Positions 29,176 to 43,760 of a stretch of DNA of 64,000 nt are shown here, one piece after another. Source of the DNA: Eledone cirrhosa (taxonomy: Eukaryota); the NCBI GenBank assembly GCA_964016885.1, contig OZ024741.1, positions 126,232,001 through 126,296,000 of the forward strand, read 5' to 3'. How positions within the stretch are numbered: the first letter of the stretch is position 1; the number at the start of each line of letters is the position of its first letter. Position numbers and translations under genes: made by a program. Below the pieces are notes generated by a model. That model made no database searches. It worked only from the letters and a program-made list of their open reading frames with translations, and had not been told where the DNA came from.

Positions 29176-30243
29176 CTTTCACCTTTTCCTTTGTCAACAA
29201 ATTATTATAAACACTTTAGCAGAATATATATTATATTAGAATTAGAATTTGGTAAGACAAGCAGACTGGCACCAAAGGAATATTTTGTGATATATCGGGA
29301 AGAAATCCATCTTGCTAACAATGACACATAAAAATGGAGGGGAAATGGCAAATGAATAATTTCTATTATCAATCTGACAAGTCTGAAAAAATCTATATAA
29401 CAAAAAAAAAATCAATAGAAAAAAATGTTTCTGAATGAATATATTATTGTTATGGAAATATATTATTGTTATGTATGTAGTGTATATATATATATATGTG
29501 TGTGTATATATATATATATGTGTGTGTATATATGCAGTGTGTGTGTGTATATATGCAGTATGTGTGTGTGTGTGTATATATATGCAGTATGTGTATATAT
29601 GTGTATGTATGTGTGTGTGTATGTATGTGTGTATTGATATATAATGTGTATGGAAATATTATAGATATGTGTGTTCATATGTATATGTATGAGTATTATG
29701 GAGATAGAATGTGTTTGTGCGTGATATCTGTGCGCTTATGTTTGCTTATGTGTATGAGAGGGTACGTATGTATATGTTATGGAACTATAAAATATTTGTC
29801 AATACATGACTGGGGGTGTGTGATGTATGGATATAGATGTGCGTGTGGGTATGTATATAAGATAAAGAGCCTCCACGCAGCACCCGTCTAAAATGTTTCT
29901 CCCTAATTTACCCCATTTTCTACGCCCGTCACGTGCAATCGAGTATGACGTGGTAACATATACTATACTTTTGCTAAGGGTTTTAGATATCTATATAGTC
30001 GTCGTGAGTTGTCTCAAACACTTTCTCGACTATACTTGCCTTGATCAAGTGGAACATCTAGAGCTGTAGCAGAAGCGAGTTGGTATTTTGTATGTTGACA
30101 TATCAAGGGTCAAATGTAAAATCCGATTTGGTATGATTTGAATGTAACGAGGCGTAACAAATATACAATGTTGAAATGGTTCTACCAAATTAACCATCAG
30201 CCTGTCTACTACTTACCTTCGTTTCTTTCCATGTTTTGCACAC

Positions 30244-30785
<542 letters not shown>

Positions 30786-31072
30786 ACTTATGTGATTCAG
30801 TCATCGACAAATAATAAAAACCTGTTGGATACAGTTTTAAACATATCTCCCCTGTAAATATATATGAAATAAAAACGCACACATACACACATAAGTATAT
30901 ATATGAAATAAAACAACACATACTATTACACACACACACATACACACATATATATGTATATATATGTATATATATGTATATGTATATGTATATATATGTA
31001 TATATAAATTGTTTTTGTAAAAAACGATACTTTTTTAATAAAACCACACTCGTACCAGCATACACATGAATG

Positions 31073-31169
<97 letters not shown>

Positions 31170-31266
31170 AAATGTAATAATTCCGTCGGAAAGGTCCAGG
31201 AAAAAAGAGTGCTAAATGTAGGTTACAGAGCTTATTAGTTATGTAATAAACAAAATAAGATAATTA

Positions 31267-31327
31267 TTTCATTTACCAGTGGTTTCTTGAAAGCAAACAA
31301 AATTTGCTTTCAGTCATCAGAATGAAA
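31267..31327 (-). ncRNA. Type I hammerhead ribozyme
   Basis: Reverse complement reads TTTCATT-CTGATGA-C-TGAAAGCAAA-ttttg-TTTGCTTTCA-A-GAAA-CCA-c-TGG-TA-AATGAAA; 7-bp stem I and 10-bp stem II. Confidence 0.88.
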
Positions 31328-31730
31328 AAATCCTGGTGTATTTATTGATAGTGGATTTTAAAAACAAAAAATATAATCTATATGAAAGTGAGGCTGGGCT
31401 GCTTATCTCAATATTATAGTTCTGGTATGTCAAATTAATACCATTGAACAACTCTGTATCATAGACAATCTATATATTTCCAAGGGTACTTAGTACCCGT
31501 GGGCATATTAACTTCATTTAATATTCTCCGTTATGTAGAGAACAAATCTGTTGTTCTATTTGGCTGCTATTTTTAGTGGCGGTGTAGACAACACGTCTAT
31601 GTTTACTTCCGCTTTTGCTACGGACTGGTTCAAGTATAGGTCAAATTTTGGCCTCATTCGATCCTGTACTAGCTAGCAGATGGCAATATATTTTGCCGTT
31701 CCTGGGACTTTTTGTCCTAGGAAAGGAAAA

Positions 31731-31813
31731 TGCTCTCTGATGAACTTCACTTTTCCATTGGAGGTCCCTTGGATTTCTAATGTTTTGTGAAGCGAAACCG
31801 ATCGGTAAAAGCA
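31731..31813 (+). ncRNA. Type I hammerhead ribozyme with expanded stem II
   Basis: TGCTCT-CTGATGA-A-CTTCAC...GTGAAG-C-GAAA-CCGATCGG-TA-AAAGCA. Confidence 0.8.
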
Positions 31814-31892
31814 CTGGAGTGGGTAAATATTTAAATTATATTTTTTAATTTATTTAAAAAAATTGTTTGAATTTTGCTTGTTCTGCTTATCT

Positions 31893-31969
<77 letters not shown>

Positions 31970-32036
31970 CATACACACATATATACACATACATATATAT
32001 ATATATATATCTCCATACATACACATACACATAAAT

Positions 32037-32071
<35 letters not shown>

Positions 32072-32429
32072 CACACACATAATTGTTTCTACCATTGGCA
32101 CAAGGCCAGAAATTACCCAGTACATTACTGGTACTTTATTTTATCGACCCCGTAAGGATGAAAGGCAAAGTCAACCTCGGCAGGATTTGAACTCAGAATG
32201 GGAAGGGCTGTAACTCTATGCGTCAAAGCATGGCGTCCGACCCTCTACCGATACTGCCAAACACATAATCATACATATATACACACGTACATACACACAC
32301 ACATACATACACACATATATACACGCATACATACGCACACACATATATAGATATATTTACACACACCTACATAGCACACATACAATTAATTATAATAAAA
32401 AATAAAAAACAATGAACAACCATATAATG

Positions 32430-32476
<47 letters not shown>

Positions 32477-33006
32477 GCATATATATATATACATACACAC
32501 ACACACATATATATATATACATTTATATAAATATATATACATGTATATATACATGTATATATATATTTATATATATACATGTATATCCCCACTGAAAGTT
32601 TCGTGAAATAGTCTTTTCAAGACTATACAGAGCATTTGTAGTTTTTCCAAATTGAAGGATGAGTATTTTAAACTTTATTTTATCATGAGTTAAGGCTCTA
32701 TTGATTTTCTATGGATTTCACTAAATTCTGTTGGATGAATCTATATCCTGATTCTTTTTGAATTGAGTTTGAATTATTTTTCCCACATCTTACGTTAACT
32801 ATTTTCCCATTTTTACGCTATAGTCACTTATATATTATGAAATACTGTGTGTTTCTTGCTCATAATAATTTCTATACTTTTCATATATATATATATATGA
32901 AAAGTATAAAAATTATTATGAGCGAGTGCTTTGCTAAACTCATCATTTCATATAAGTAGGCCGAATTTACTTGCAAACCGCCAGAGATTCGATTTTACTG
33001 ATTTCC

Positions 33007-33048
<42 letters not shown>

Positions 33049-33051
<3 letters not shown>

Positions 33052-33610
33052 GATAAATCTACCAAGAGTTTACGGTAGTGTCCAATCCGTATGAAGAACT
33101 CAATGTAATCCGGATATCATGGAAAGAAGAGATGCAATGAAAAATCACTTTCGGTGAAAGATAAACGGAATACAGAGTCAAGATAAAATATTAAAAAAAT
33201 AATGAATAAAACAATGAAACAGTTCCTTATATTAAACAAAAAAAGTTCATTATTTAACGATCGTTTCTAGGATATATATGTGTTAGAATTGGCATGCATA
33301 TTCAACAGATCTATGTACAAAATTATACAAAATTATACAAACTATCAAAATTAAATATACATACCAAACACATATATATGCCGTCTTCAGAAATAATAAT
33401 AATCATTATTTCTGAAGACGGCATATATATGTGTTTGGTATGTATATTTAATTTTGATAGTTTGTATAATTTTGTATAATTTTGTACATAGATCTGTTGA
33501 ATATGCATGCCAATTCTAACACATATATATCCTAGAAACGATCGTTAAATAATGAACTTTTTTTGTTTAATATAAGGAACTGTTTCATTGTTTTATTCAT
33601 TATTTTTTTA

Positions 33611-33619
<9 letters not shown>
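33049..33619. mobile_element. Fold-back palindromic hammerhead element, copy 2 (opposite orientation to copy 1; hammerheads at 33405-33553 + and 33249-33397 -)
   Basis: Near-identical to the reverse complement of 21972-22568; symmetry centre 33401; (TA)n on both sides. Confidence 0.9.
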
Positions 33620-33682
<63 letters not shown>

Positions 33683-33692
33683 TGCATATCAA

Positions 33693-33773
33693 TTTCCTGA
33701 TGACGGAATGATTTTCTATATGTTTCTTCGGAAAATATATTTACTCCATTCCAGAAACTAATTAGTTGGAAGT
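33693..33773 (+). ncRNA. Type I hammerhead ribozyme (first tandem copy)
   Basis: TTTC-CTGATGA-C-GGAATG...CATTCC-A-GAAA-CTAATTAG-TT-GGAAGT. Confidence 0.78.
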
Positions 33774-34216
33774 GATTTTTTAGTAAGTAAGTTAATTTTA
33801 TAATTTTCTTATTTCACGTCTCTCATATTATTGTTCTGCAACCCCATGCATTGAACCACAATGTTAATAAGACAAAACCTATATATTTGCTAGCATTGAT
33901 ATGCATCTGTGTGTATATAAATGTTACTAGATATAAATTCCTTATAATTATCTCCAATTCATTTGTCGAGCAATATTTGGCCATGACTGCTACTATGGTA
34001 GTAGGCTGGCCGCTGTCTTATTAACCACTCGCTTTCCACTGATTGACATCGATGTCACGTGATTGATTCTTTTTGAATTTGCCACAGACGTAGAGGCAGT
34101 GATTTTCTCAATGGCTAGGAATCCAGTCCACGCTTCGCTATTTCCTTTCCACTGAATTATTTTTTTTTATAAGTTTCCAGAGTCCTCGCTATGCCTGGAG
34201 ACTTACACGGAAAAAG

Positions 34217-34299
34217 ACTTTCCTGATGACGGAATGATTTTCTATATGTTTCTTCGGAAAATATATTTACTCCATTCCAGAAACTAATTAGTTGGAAGT
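34217..34299 (+). ncRNA. Type I hammerhead ribozyme (second tandem copy)
   Basis: ACTTTC-CTGATGA-C-GGAATG...CATTCC-A-GAAA-CTAATTAG-TT-GGAAGT; 6-bp stem I with one G-U pair. Confidence 0.82.
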
Positions 34300-35010
34300 G
34301 ATTTTTTAGTAAGTAAGTTAATTTTATAATTTTCTTATTTCACGTCTCTCATATTATTGTTCTGCAACCCCATGCATTGAACCACAATGTTAATAAGACA
34401 AAACCTATATATTTGCTAGCATTGATATGCATCTGTGTGTATATAAATGTTACTAGATATAAATTCCTTATAATATATATATATATATATATATATTAAC
34501 ATATTCATTTATGTTTAGTGGTTCACCACTAGATAAAGCTTGTCATTCCATTTAGTTTATCATGATGTAATGGAAAGAAAAGCACTCTACATTGCGCAAC
34601 TCACCCATCGTTGATGCTGAATCATGTGGTTGGCTCAGGAACGGAGTTAAATATTGGTATGATTAAAATAACAAGAGACCAGATTGGTGAGGTTCCTTTA
34701 AAGTTTTATAGTTGCAAAAATACTATATATATTTCAATGGCCTGGTTACGTAAGATCCTGGTGACATTATCACGTTCGGATTGTATAATTAGTTAATCTA
34801 TAAAGGAATTATGGCATACACGAATAGAGAAAATATGGAAAAAAATATTTAATTCGAAGATGGCCTATTATTGTTACCGTAAACCTTCCCCTATTTTTGC
34901 TAAGGCTGGGTGTGTGACGATGGTCACAACTTAAAAATTCATAACGAAAGGCCTTCAAATGTTTTTCATAAACATCCCATATATTATTCAACATACAATA
35001 CAATACGTAC

Positions 35011-35263
<253 letters not shown>

Positions 35264-36805
35264 GCAAGTTTTATAAGTAACTAGCATATCTGGTTTTGCC
35301 CAGGTTGAAAAGTAGTTATAACTCTGCACGAAATTGTTCTTTGTTCTTCATAAAACAGTATTGGATCTCACTTGAAAGTTACTTTCTATGCAAGAAATAC
35401 TTTTTCCAAAACGTTTATAACAGTCCTGTGTCTTATGCCCTGTGTTGTAGACAGTGAAAGAGTGAGTATGTGTGTAAAAGGTTCATAATACACTGTGGTA
35501 GTTGCGGAGAAATAGGCGATAGCTACGTACAAATCAAAGAGGAATACTGATACAAAAAGGGAAGGTGACAATTATGTGACAAGGAGTAGAAAGATATGTT
35601 TAAAACATTACTAGAAGATGGGATATACCAACATTTACAATTATGTAATAAGGAATATATAAGATTACTGAAAAATGTATAAACAAAAATAGTGAATGAA
35701 TGTGTTATAAAATGTATATGAATCTGCTACGATGCCATTGTTTTAGTTTCAATATAAAATGTCGGTTTAATTCATTTGCTATATAATTGTAATTCAGAAA
35801 TTTATATATATTCCATAGATTATTAGAATATAAAACGTATTGACAATAACGTTATTACGTTTAATTATAAAAAGACTTAATGTTAACAATATCTTTGAGA
35901 TTAACCAAGTATAATAAAAAGAACATTGAACTAAATGATTCTTCAATACAAATATATACAAATCTCTAGAATCAGAGAAGATCGATTGATGGTTCCGTAA
36001 ATCCTGGAGCAGTCGTAGGAATGCCGTATTGACACACGACATTTCTAGAGCGTTTGAAAAAACCTGGCGAAGCCCATCTCCTCTCCAGGTTTGACTGTAT
36101 ACAGCAGATTTTTTTCCAGAGAATGATAGAGAGTGAGAGGTGAAGTGAAAAAGAGATATAGAGGAAATAACAACCTGACTGGTATTTATCGACTTCGAAT
36201 GGATGAAAGGAAAAGTTGACCTTGGCGAGATTTGAACTCAGAGAACAGAGATTTGGAACGAAGACCGCAAATCATTTTATCCGACGTTTTAACGACTCTG
36301 CTAATTCGCCTTCTATATTCCATCGATTATTAGAATATAAAACGACAAACGTATTCACAATAACGTTATTAAGTTTACTAGCAGTTTCTGGTCTTCTGCT
36401 AGCATGTGTAGTGTGCATATTGATATTATATGCAAATATACAAGCATGTAGATATGATACGTCAAATAAAATCGTAATTGACAATATGCACAGAAATTGA
36501 AGAGAGACTGTGTTACACTCTCTTCTGTAATCAGTAAAGTAATCCGTGATACATTTAAAAAAGACGATATTATATATAAACTGTATTACGGTGAAATGTA
36601 ATGAAAACGAAAAAGGAGAAAATTAGCGACAGAAATATAAACGTTAGGATATAACGATGCAAATATATGAATGTTTATACAAGTGATAGCGTCCATTATA
36701 TCATAAACGGAAGTATGAACATTTGAAAATTTAAAAAGAAGTGAATCTTAAAATAAGTAATAATTATATATACAAATATTTATGTTTAATCAATAGCTAC
36801 GAAAT

Positions 36806-36992
36806 TTGGATTGGCAGTATCGGTAGAGGGTTGGGCACCATCCTTTGCAGCATAGAGTTACTTACCTTTGAGGTCTGAGTTCAAATCCTGCCGAGATTAA
36901 CTTTGCCTTTCATCCTTACGGGGTCGATAAAATAAAGTACCAGTAATGCACTGGGATAATTGCTGCCTTGTGCCAAAAGTAGAAACAATTAT
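36806..36992 (+). mobile_element. SINE family A
   Basis: A and B boxes plus body. Further plus-strand copies at ~59254-59440, 62772-62995 and 63003-63195. Confidence 0.85.
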
Positions 36993-37065
36993 TTATTCAA
37001 AGTAATCCAACTTATTTTACTAAAGGCAAAAAAAGAAATGTATTCAGGACACCTTTATTATATTA

Positions 37066-37692
37066 TCTATATATCTAAAACAGAGAATGTCTGTCTGTCT
37101 GTCCGATCACTAAAACTCGAGAACCACCCAACCGACTGTTTTCAAACTTTACACATGTAATACTTATGGTCCTGTGAGTGTTTTGAGCAAAAAGAATTTC
37201 AAATTTTCTATGCCCTGCGGACCGCATTAGGCGGTTTAGCAATCTCTCTCTATAACTCTTAGTCTTTCTCTTTTTAGATAGATACATAGATATAACGTTG
37301 CGCCTTTATAATATCTGTCTGTATGTCTGCATTACGACATTATGACGTAGCTGTGTGTGTGTGTGTATATATGTATATATAGTGTATATATATATATATA
37401 TATAGTGTGTAACGTTTTTCGAAATATTTACTTCTACGTTCACATATTGATCTTTTAGTTTCAGAAGATCCCGTTAAGGGTGAAAGCAGCGATTCTTTGC
37501 TTAAACTTTAATCTGTTATTTTAATATAGATATATATATATATTTATATAGTCGTGTACAGATATTTTTGCATACACAATAACAAAATATAAACAAACGT
37601 ATTTATTTCACGAGATTCGATAAGGATAAATATATATCAAATATATAAGAACCCTAGAGCAAATCCCCAGCAACGCCGGGCCATTCTGCTAG
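37066..37692 (+). mobile_element. Non-autonomous Helitron
   Basis: 5' TC start (A|TCTATATATCTAAAA..GTCTGTCTGT); imperfect subterminal hairpin CCCAGCAACGCCGGG at 37666-37680; 3' CTAG|T; inserted between A and T with no TSD. Confidence 0.8.
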
Positions 37693-38979
37693 TGCTTAAT
37701 AAAACACAAAACGTCAACAATATCTCGTAAATTAACCGAGTAAAATAAAAACAAATATTACGCTAAATGATGCTTGAATACAAATATATAGGAATATATA
37801 GAATCAGAGAAGATAATATATGTTTATAAAACGTAAGTATATATGAAAATTGGATAGAGTAGACAATAGATCATTAGGTTAACAACTTTGAACAAAACAT
37901 GCACTTATTTTCCGCTTAGATTCAACATTCCTTTTAGTGTTAGTAAGTAATTGTTTCTAATTTAGGCACAAGGCCAGCAATTACCCAGTGCATTACTGGT
38001 ACTTTATTTTATCGACCCCGTAAGGATGAAAGGCAAAGTCAACCGCGGCGGGATTTGAAGTGTTAGTAAGTAATGATTTATTATTAAAAATATGAATATC
38101 TTTTCATTCGTACACCTGATTATGTTTCATTTCCACGTGACATATTCAATAATATATTTTCAAATATATATTATTATCTTATCCCATCCACATACACACG
38201 CACAAATAGATATATACACACTAAAAAACGGACAGATACACACACACACTGACACACTGACACACTCACTCACACATTCACACTAATTTTCTCACTCAAA
38301 CAGAAATATAATTTTAAAAAAAGCAAACACAAGGAAAGAAAGAATAGGGAAATATAGAACAGAAAAAAAAGAGAGGAAAAAATAAGAAAAAAACGGGAAA
38401 GGGAGGGGATGGAAAGAGCTCTCGTGTCGCAGAAGAGAGGGGGTGATGGTGAGGGTGATGGGACTTTTGGCCTAGGGAAAGGGGGCAGGAGTGCTGCGCC
38501 CCACGGACAAGACAGCAAAGGCATTCTAATATAATTGTCCGGCATCATGGACAAGGGTCATTTCCCATTGCCTCGGGTCGATCCATAACTTGTCAAGGAA
38601 ATCGGATAGACGGAAACTGTTTGGAAGCCTATCTGATGCTCTATACCTGTAATTTAAAGTGCTAATCGTGTCTCACATTAACAGACCTGCCAACTCTCCC
38701 CGTCTGACGGGGAGATCACCCGTCCATTTTATGGTGGGTGAGAGATGTCTTCTCTTGTGAAAATGGTTATAGCTTTCATTATGTAAAATCACCCCATTTT
38801 TCTTCATTTCTCTCCGTTTTGGGGCACATTTTTTCATGGTACTCCTCGTTTGGGTTTTTAGAGGTTGGCAGGTTTGCACTAAATCAAACTGGTTGAGAAT
38901 TACGTTAGGGGTGCACGTATGGAACGCTTGGCCACTAACAAATTAATTTTATTAGCAGGCTGTCACGTCTAAACTTATT

Positions 38980-39415
38980 TTTCTTTTTCGTCCACTTATT
39001 TCTGGGAAGGTCGTGGGAACAGAGTCCTCAAACACTCCTTCCACCGGGTCATATCAGATGCAACAGTCTCCAATTGATCCAGCTGGCTTCCCCAGCAAGA
39101 CCAGCCGAGCTCATGGATGTTATCCCACCATCTTGCTCAGAGTCTACCACTTGCCTCTCGGTTGGTTTTGCCCGTAAAATCTGTCCAGCGATTCTTTCCT
39201 GAGACATTCAATAATATCGGAGCTGTAATCTTTTAATTCGTAGAAGTAGCGGCTCTAAATGGAGCGATTCTCTGATCTTCGAGCTGCGTACTCTATTAAG
39301 TAATGAAATTCTGAAAACCCTTTCGGGGACCCCACTTCGGACGCTTGTATTCGGGACCGTATTTTTTCGGTCATTACCTAAGCTTCATGACCATAGGTAA
39401 AGTTTGACACGAATA
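38980..39415 (-). mobile_element. Old RTE-clade LINE 3' fragment
   Basis: Reverse complement translates as FTYGHEA*VMTEKIRSRIQASEVG, resembling the RTE LTYGHESWVMTER..RIQAAEM block. Confidence 0.65.
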
Positions 39416-39985
39416 CTGAATTGAAGTACACACTGAAGAAAATATATGATTACCATGAACAACAGCTGGGCTGGAGGGATAACGATGTGACGAACTAGCT
39501 TCAGTATGGAGTTTTGTTGTCTCCACGTTTCACGTCTAATTAAGCCAATATAATCCCCGCCCAATGAGACACTATTCTCGAAACAGACGTTTTCTTAATC
39601 TTTTTTTTTGTTTTATCAAGGGAGTTAATTATAGCAGTTGGCTTGACAGCAGTCTATTTTTACAACACAGAGATAAAAAAGTTATGTTTTATAAAGTGTG
39701 CTAATCTAGGCAATTGACGTGACTACAGTATATTTTTACAACACTAAGATAGATAGCTACGTTTATTGTAATGGCAAAACAGACACACATAAGTGAATGA
39801 TTTAGTTTCTCTTATGACAACATATAACACACGCATACGCTTCACCCCAGGATTGAAACTGTTTAATATATTTTGAAGCTGTCAAAAGATTACATATTGT
39901 TTTACTGGCCTAGCTACATACAGAACTACATAATTCTCTCTCTCCTTCTCTCTCTCCCTCTATCTCTTTCTTCCCTTTCTCTCGT

Positions 39986-40059
<74 letters not shown>

Positions 40060-40875
40060 GCTCCATCATCTCAAGATTACAAATTGTAATCAACGTGTTT
40101 TTGGCAGGTCACCTCTCTTCTTCTTTCTTTCCCCATTTATCTGACTATCTGTCTCATTACCCCTCTCTTTCCCTTCACTCTTCCTCTTTATTTATATAAT
40201 CTTATTCCTTCTCCTTCCTTTCATCTCCTACGCCTGGAACTAATACAATTCATCGCGTTACATTTTTCATATGTAAACAATGTATAACCGGACAACGCCC
40301 TTCTATATCTCCAATGGAGAAAAGCCTACGCAGTATATACATATAATTCATAATAAATTTTACTACGCTCTCTTTATTGTAATCTCGCCAATCAACCTAA
40401 GCACCATTGAAGCAAGCTTCCTGATAACATTCATTAACATTTATTAACATTCTATTCTACTTAAATATATTCCTCTTATCAGTATGTTTTTTTCTTACTA
40501 AATACACTATGCCAGATATTCAATGATTCTAAACCACTATTCCCTCTTTAAGTATGATTTACTTTTTCTGAATTTTACACATCATACATTCGATGTTATA
40601 CACACTAAACATTAATACCGGGATTCTGTACATTACAAATAACATATTCGTACAATACATATTCACACGTTACAAATCTTCACGTAAGATTCTCACATTA
40701 CAAATTAATATATTTGCACATTACTCATGTTCCTATATTATAAGCTGATTTTAGGAATTCAGGTTTAATTCATGAACTGTCTTCTACCAAGCGTTGTAAG
40801 CAAAATTAGGTAGAAGGAAACTGGGTGAACGCCGTCGGACCTGTTGTATCTGTAATTAAGAAACCCAGTCATACC

Positions 40876-42072
40876 CAGAGGGTTGCCCCCAAAGTAAAGA
40901 AACTAATGTTTTATTTAAATGCATATTAGACGTACATGAAATTATAAGAAAATACGACACTTGGTACGTCACACTGGTTCCAATGTTTTTCTATTGATTG
41001 TAGTAGTACCGGAAGTCATTTTCTGTGATTATTCATAGCTCGTCGGTTACAAATTTTTGTATGTTTTCTACAGTCCCAAAATAATGAGCCTTCTGCTTCG
41101 ATTTCAACTTGGAGAAGAAATAGAAATCACAGGCAGCCAGATCTGGTGTGTAGGGAGGATGTGGAAGAGTGGGAATGTTTTTCTTCTCCAGAAATTCTTT
41201 AATTGAAAGTGCTGTGTGAACAGGCGTGTTATCATGGGACAGTACCCATTCTCCTGCAATGTCCTTTCGGATTTGCTGGACCTGTTTTCGAAGTCTTTCC
41301 AAGACATATTTGTAGAAGGTGCAATTAACTGGCTGCCCTGCTACAGCAGTCGAAAAATGAAAATCATAGTTTTCACCTTGGATCTTCTCGTGTATGCTTT
41401 CTTAGGGTGAGCAGTTTTCGTGTGTTACTCCTCACTTTACTGTTTTGCTTTTGGATTGTATTTGAACATTCACGACTCATCTCCTGTTATTACTTTATCC
41501 AAGAAATTTGGCGCAATTTCCAGTCTTAGCAAATCCTGACAAGTTTCCAGACCGTCCTTTTTTTTTTGCTCCACAGACAAGTGTTTGGGCACTAGTTTTC
41601 TGTTATAATTCTGTGAACTGTCTTTTATAGAAGTCCGTTTCTTCTGCAATCATCCTAACATTTAATTGGCGATCTTTCGTCATAACCGTTTGCACCACTT
41701 CCACATTTTGTTCATTTGATGACCAGATAAACTTTCCAGAACGAGGTTCGTCTGCAACATTTCCTTACAAACCTTACTTCTTGATTGAGTGGCATCTCCA
41801 TAAGCTTGTGTTAAAAAATTAAATATTTCTGTTGCCGATTTGTTGAGTTTTACACAAAGTTTGATCGCGTACCGTTGAACGATATTTTCCTGTATCGCAA
41901 ACGTAACAGAGTATAAATACCTCTATACATAAAAAAGCAATAACTCACGACTGACTCAATAGATCATGTTAAAACAAGTATATACGTGAAGCTAAGGTCA
42001 TAACAAACACAATAGAGCGTTATCATGTAATACATAGGAAAATCAGTACTCTTACTTTTGGGACAAATCTCA
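40876..42072 (-). mobile_element. Degraded, near full-length mariner transposon
   Basis: WVLSHDNTPVH..LPHPPYTPDLAACDFYFFSKLK (HDNA and YSPDLAP-D motifs); imperfect TIRs GAGGGTTGCCCCCAAAGTAA / TTACTTTTGGGACAAATCTC. Confidence 0.85.
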
Positions 42073-42882
42073 TATACCAGCGTTAAGTAAACCTGCCATA
42101 TTCAGATTTTCTTTAAAGCGAAAGTATTGTCCAATAGGTTAGAAGTCACTTGAGACTATCATAGACAGAGCACATACATGGTCATGGATAAGAGTATTAT
42201 AAAATTGATTAGAAGGCTGACTTTGAGATGTAGACATATAGAGAAGCTGGGTATATAGAAGATTTTTGCTCAACACAAAATATAGACATTGACATGAGAC
42301 GACGACTTGGCTGACTTGTTAGAATATCCGATAGAATATTTTGCGGTTTTTCTGCGCTCAAATTTCAAATAAAACAAAGGTCAATTTTAGCCTTTCGAAG
42401 TCAATAAAGTGCCAGTCTATTACTGAGGTCGATTCCTCCAATGACTTCCTTTCTCATTTTCTTGCTTTCGTTTTCTCTATAGGAGAAATCAGTTGCGTTA
42501 AAACCTAGAGAAAGATGGTTTCTGCCAGGCTTAAAATATCTAAGACATACCATGTATCAAGACTTTTCCTCCACCTCCTACGACTCAATCAGGAGTATAG
42601 ATTCATAGATAGATGGATTGATATGTGCTATCAAATAGATTAGGGGTCTATGGGATGTGGGTGTACAGAAAACGTTTGGGAAAATCATGGGCAGAACGGA
42701 AATCCAATGATGAAGCAATACAAATTGCAAAAATTAAGATAACTTTATTAAACACCACCAAAGACTGAAAAATAATATATTTCGAACATTTGATTAAAAT
42801 AGAATAGTTTGCAGATGTAACATATAAAGTAACAGACAGGTATGGTAGGGTAGAAATGTAATCGACATTCCATTCCATCGAA

Positions 42883-43760
42883 TATTGCTGGCCTTGTGCC
42901 TAAATTAGAAAGTATGATTTCTATAACTGCTGAATTGAAGGCAATAGATTGGCAGTATCGGTAAAGCGTCGGATAACATACATTACGGCATATAGTGACG
43001 ACACTTTACGTTCTCAGTTCAAATCCCACCGAGGTTAGCTTTGCCTTTCATCCTTACCGGGTCGATAAAATGAAGCACTAGTAATGCACTGGGGTCGATT
43101 TAATCGACTTTCTCCTCCTCCAAAATTGTTGGCTTTGGTGCCTAAATCAGAAACCATTATTATTTTTGGTGGCGGTGGATTGGCAGTATCGGTAGTGGGT
43201 CGGACGCCATGCTTTGACGCATAGAGTTACGGCCCTTGCCATTCTGAGTTCAAATTCCGCCGAGGTTAACTTTGCCTTTCATCCTTACGGGGTCGATAAA
43301 ATGAAGTACCAGTAATGCACTGGGTAATTGCTGGCCTTGTGCCAAAAGTATAAACAATTATTATTTTTGGTGGATTGGCTGAGTCGTTAGTGTGTCGCAT
43401 TGAATGCTTGGCGTTACCTGTTCTAACTATTTACGTTCTGAGTTCAAATCCCACTGTGGTCAAATTTACTTTTTATCCGTTTGGCGTGAGATAAAAGTCT
43501 GAATCATTGACTGTGTAATCAACTTAAACATCTCCTCAAATTTCTGGCCTTCTGCTAACATTAGAAACCATTGGGGAATTGGCAGTATCGGTAGAGGGTC
43601 AGACGCCATGCTTTCTAGCATAGTTATGTCCCTTTATGATCTGAGTTCAAATCCCGCCGAGGTTAACTTTGCCTTTCATCCTTACGGGGTCGATAAAATA
43701 AAGTACCAGTAATGTACTGGGTAATTGCTGGCCTTGTGCCAACAAGTAGAAACAATTATT
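42883..43760 (+). mobile_element. Cluster of 4-5 head-to-tail SINE family A copies
   Basis: Heads at ~42945, 43172, 43368 and 43575, each ending ..AGAAAC(A/C)ATT or a close variant. Confidence 0.88.

Larger units (their letters stand above)
33671..34474 (+). mobile_element. Retrozyme-like element: two ~255-bp direct repeats (offset 526), each starting with a hammerhead, preceded by a short inverted segment
   Basis: 33693-33948 matches 34219-34474; 33671-33693 is the reverse complement of ~33896-33918; no ORF; (TA)n flanks. Confidence 0.88.

Noticed and set aside
35279-35305. Helitron-like 3' end on the minus strand (ACTAG plus weak hairpin)
   Set aside because: Hairpin is degenerate and no matching 5' end could be located.
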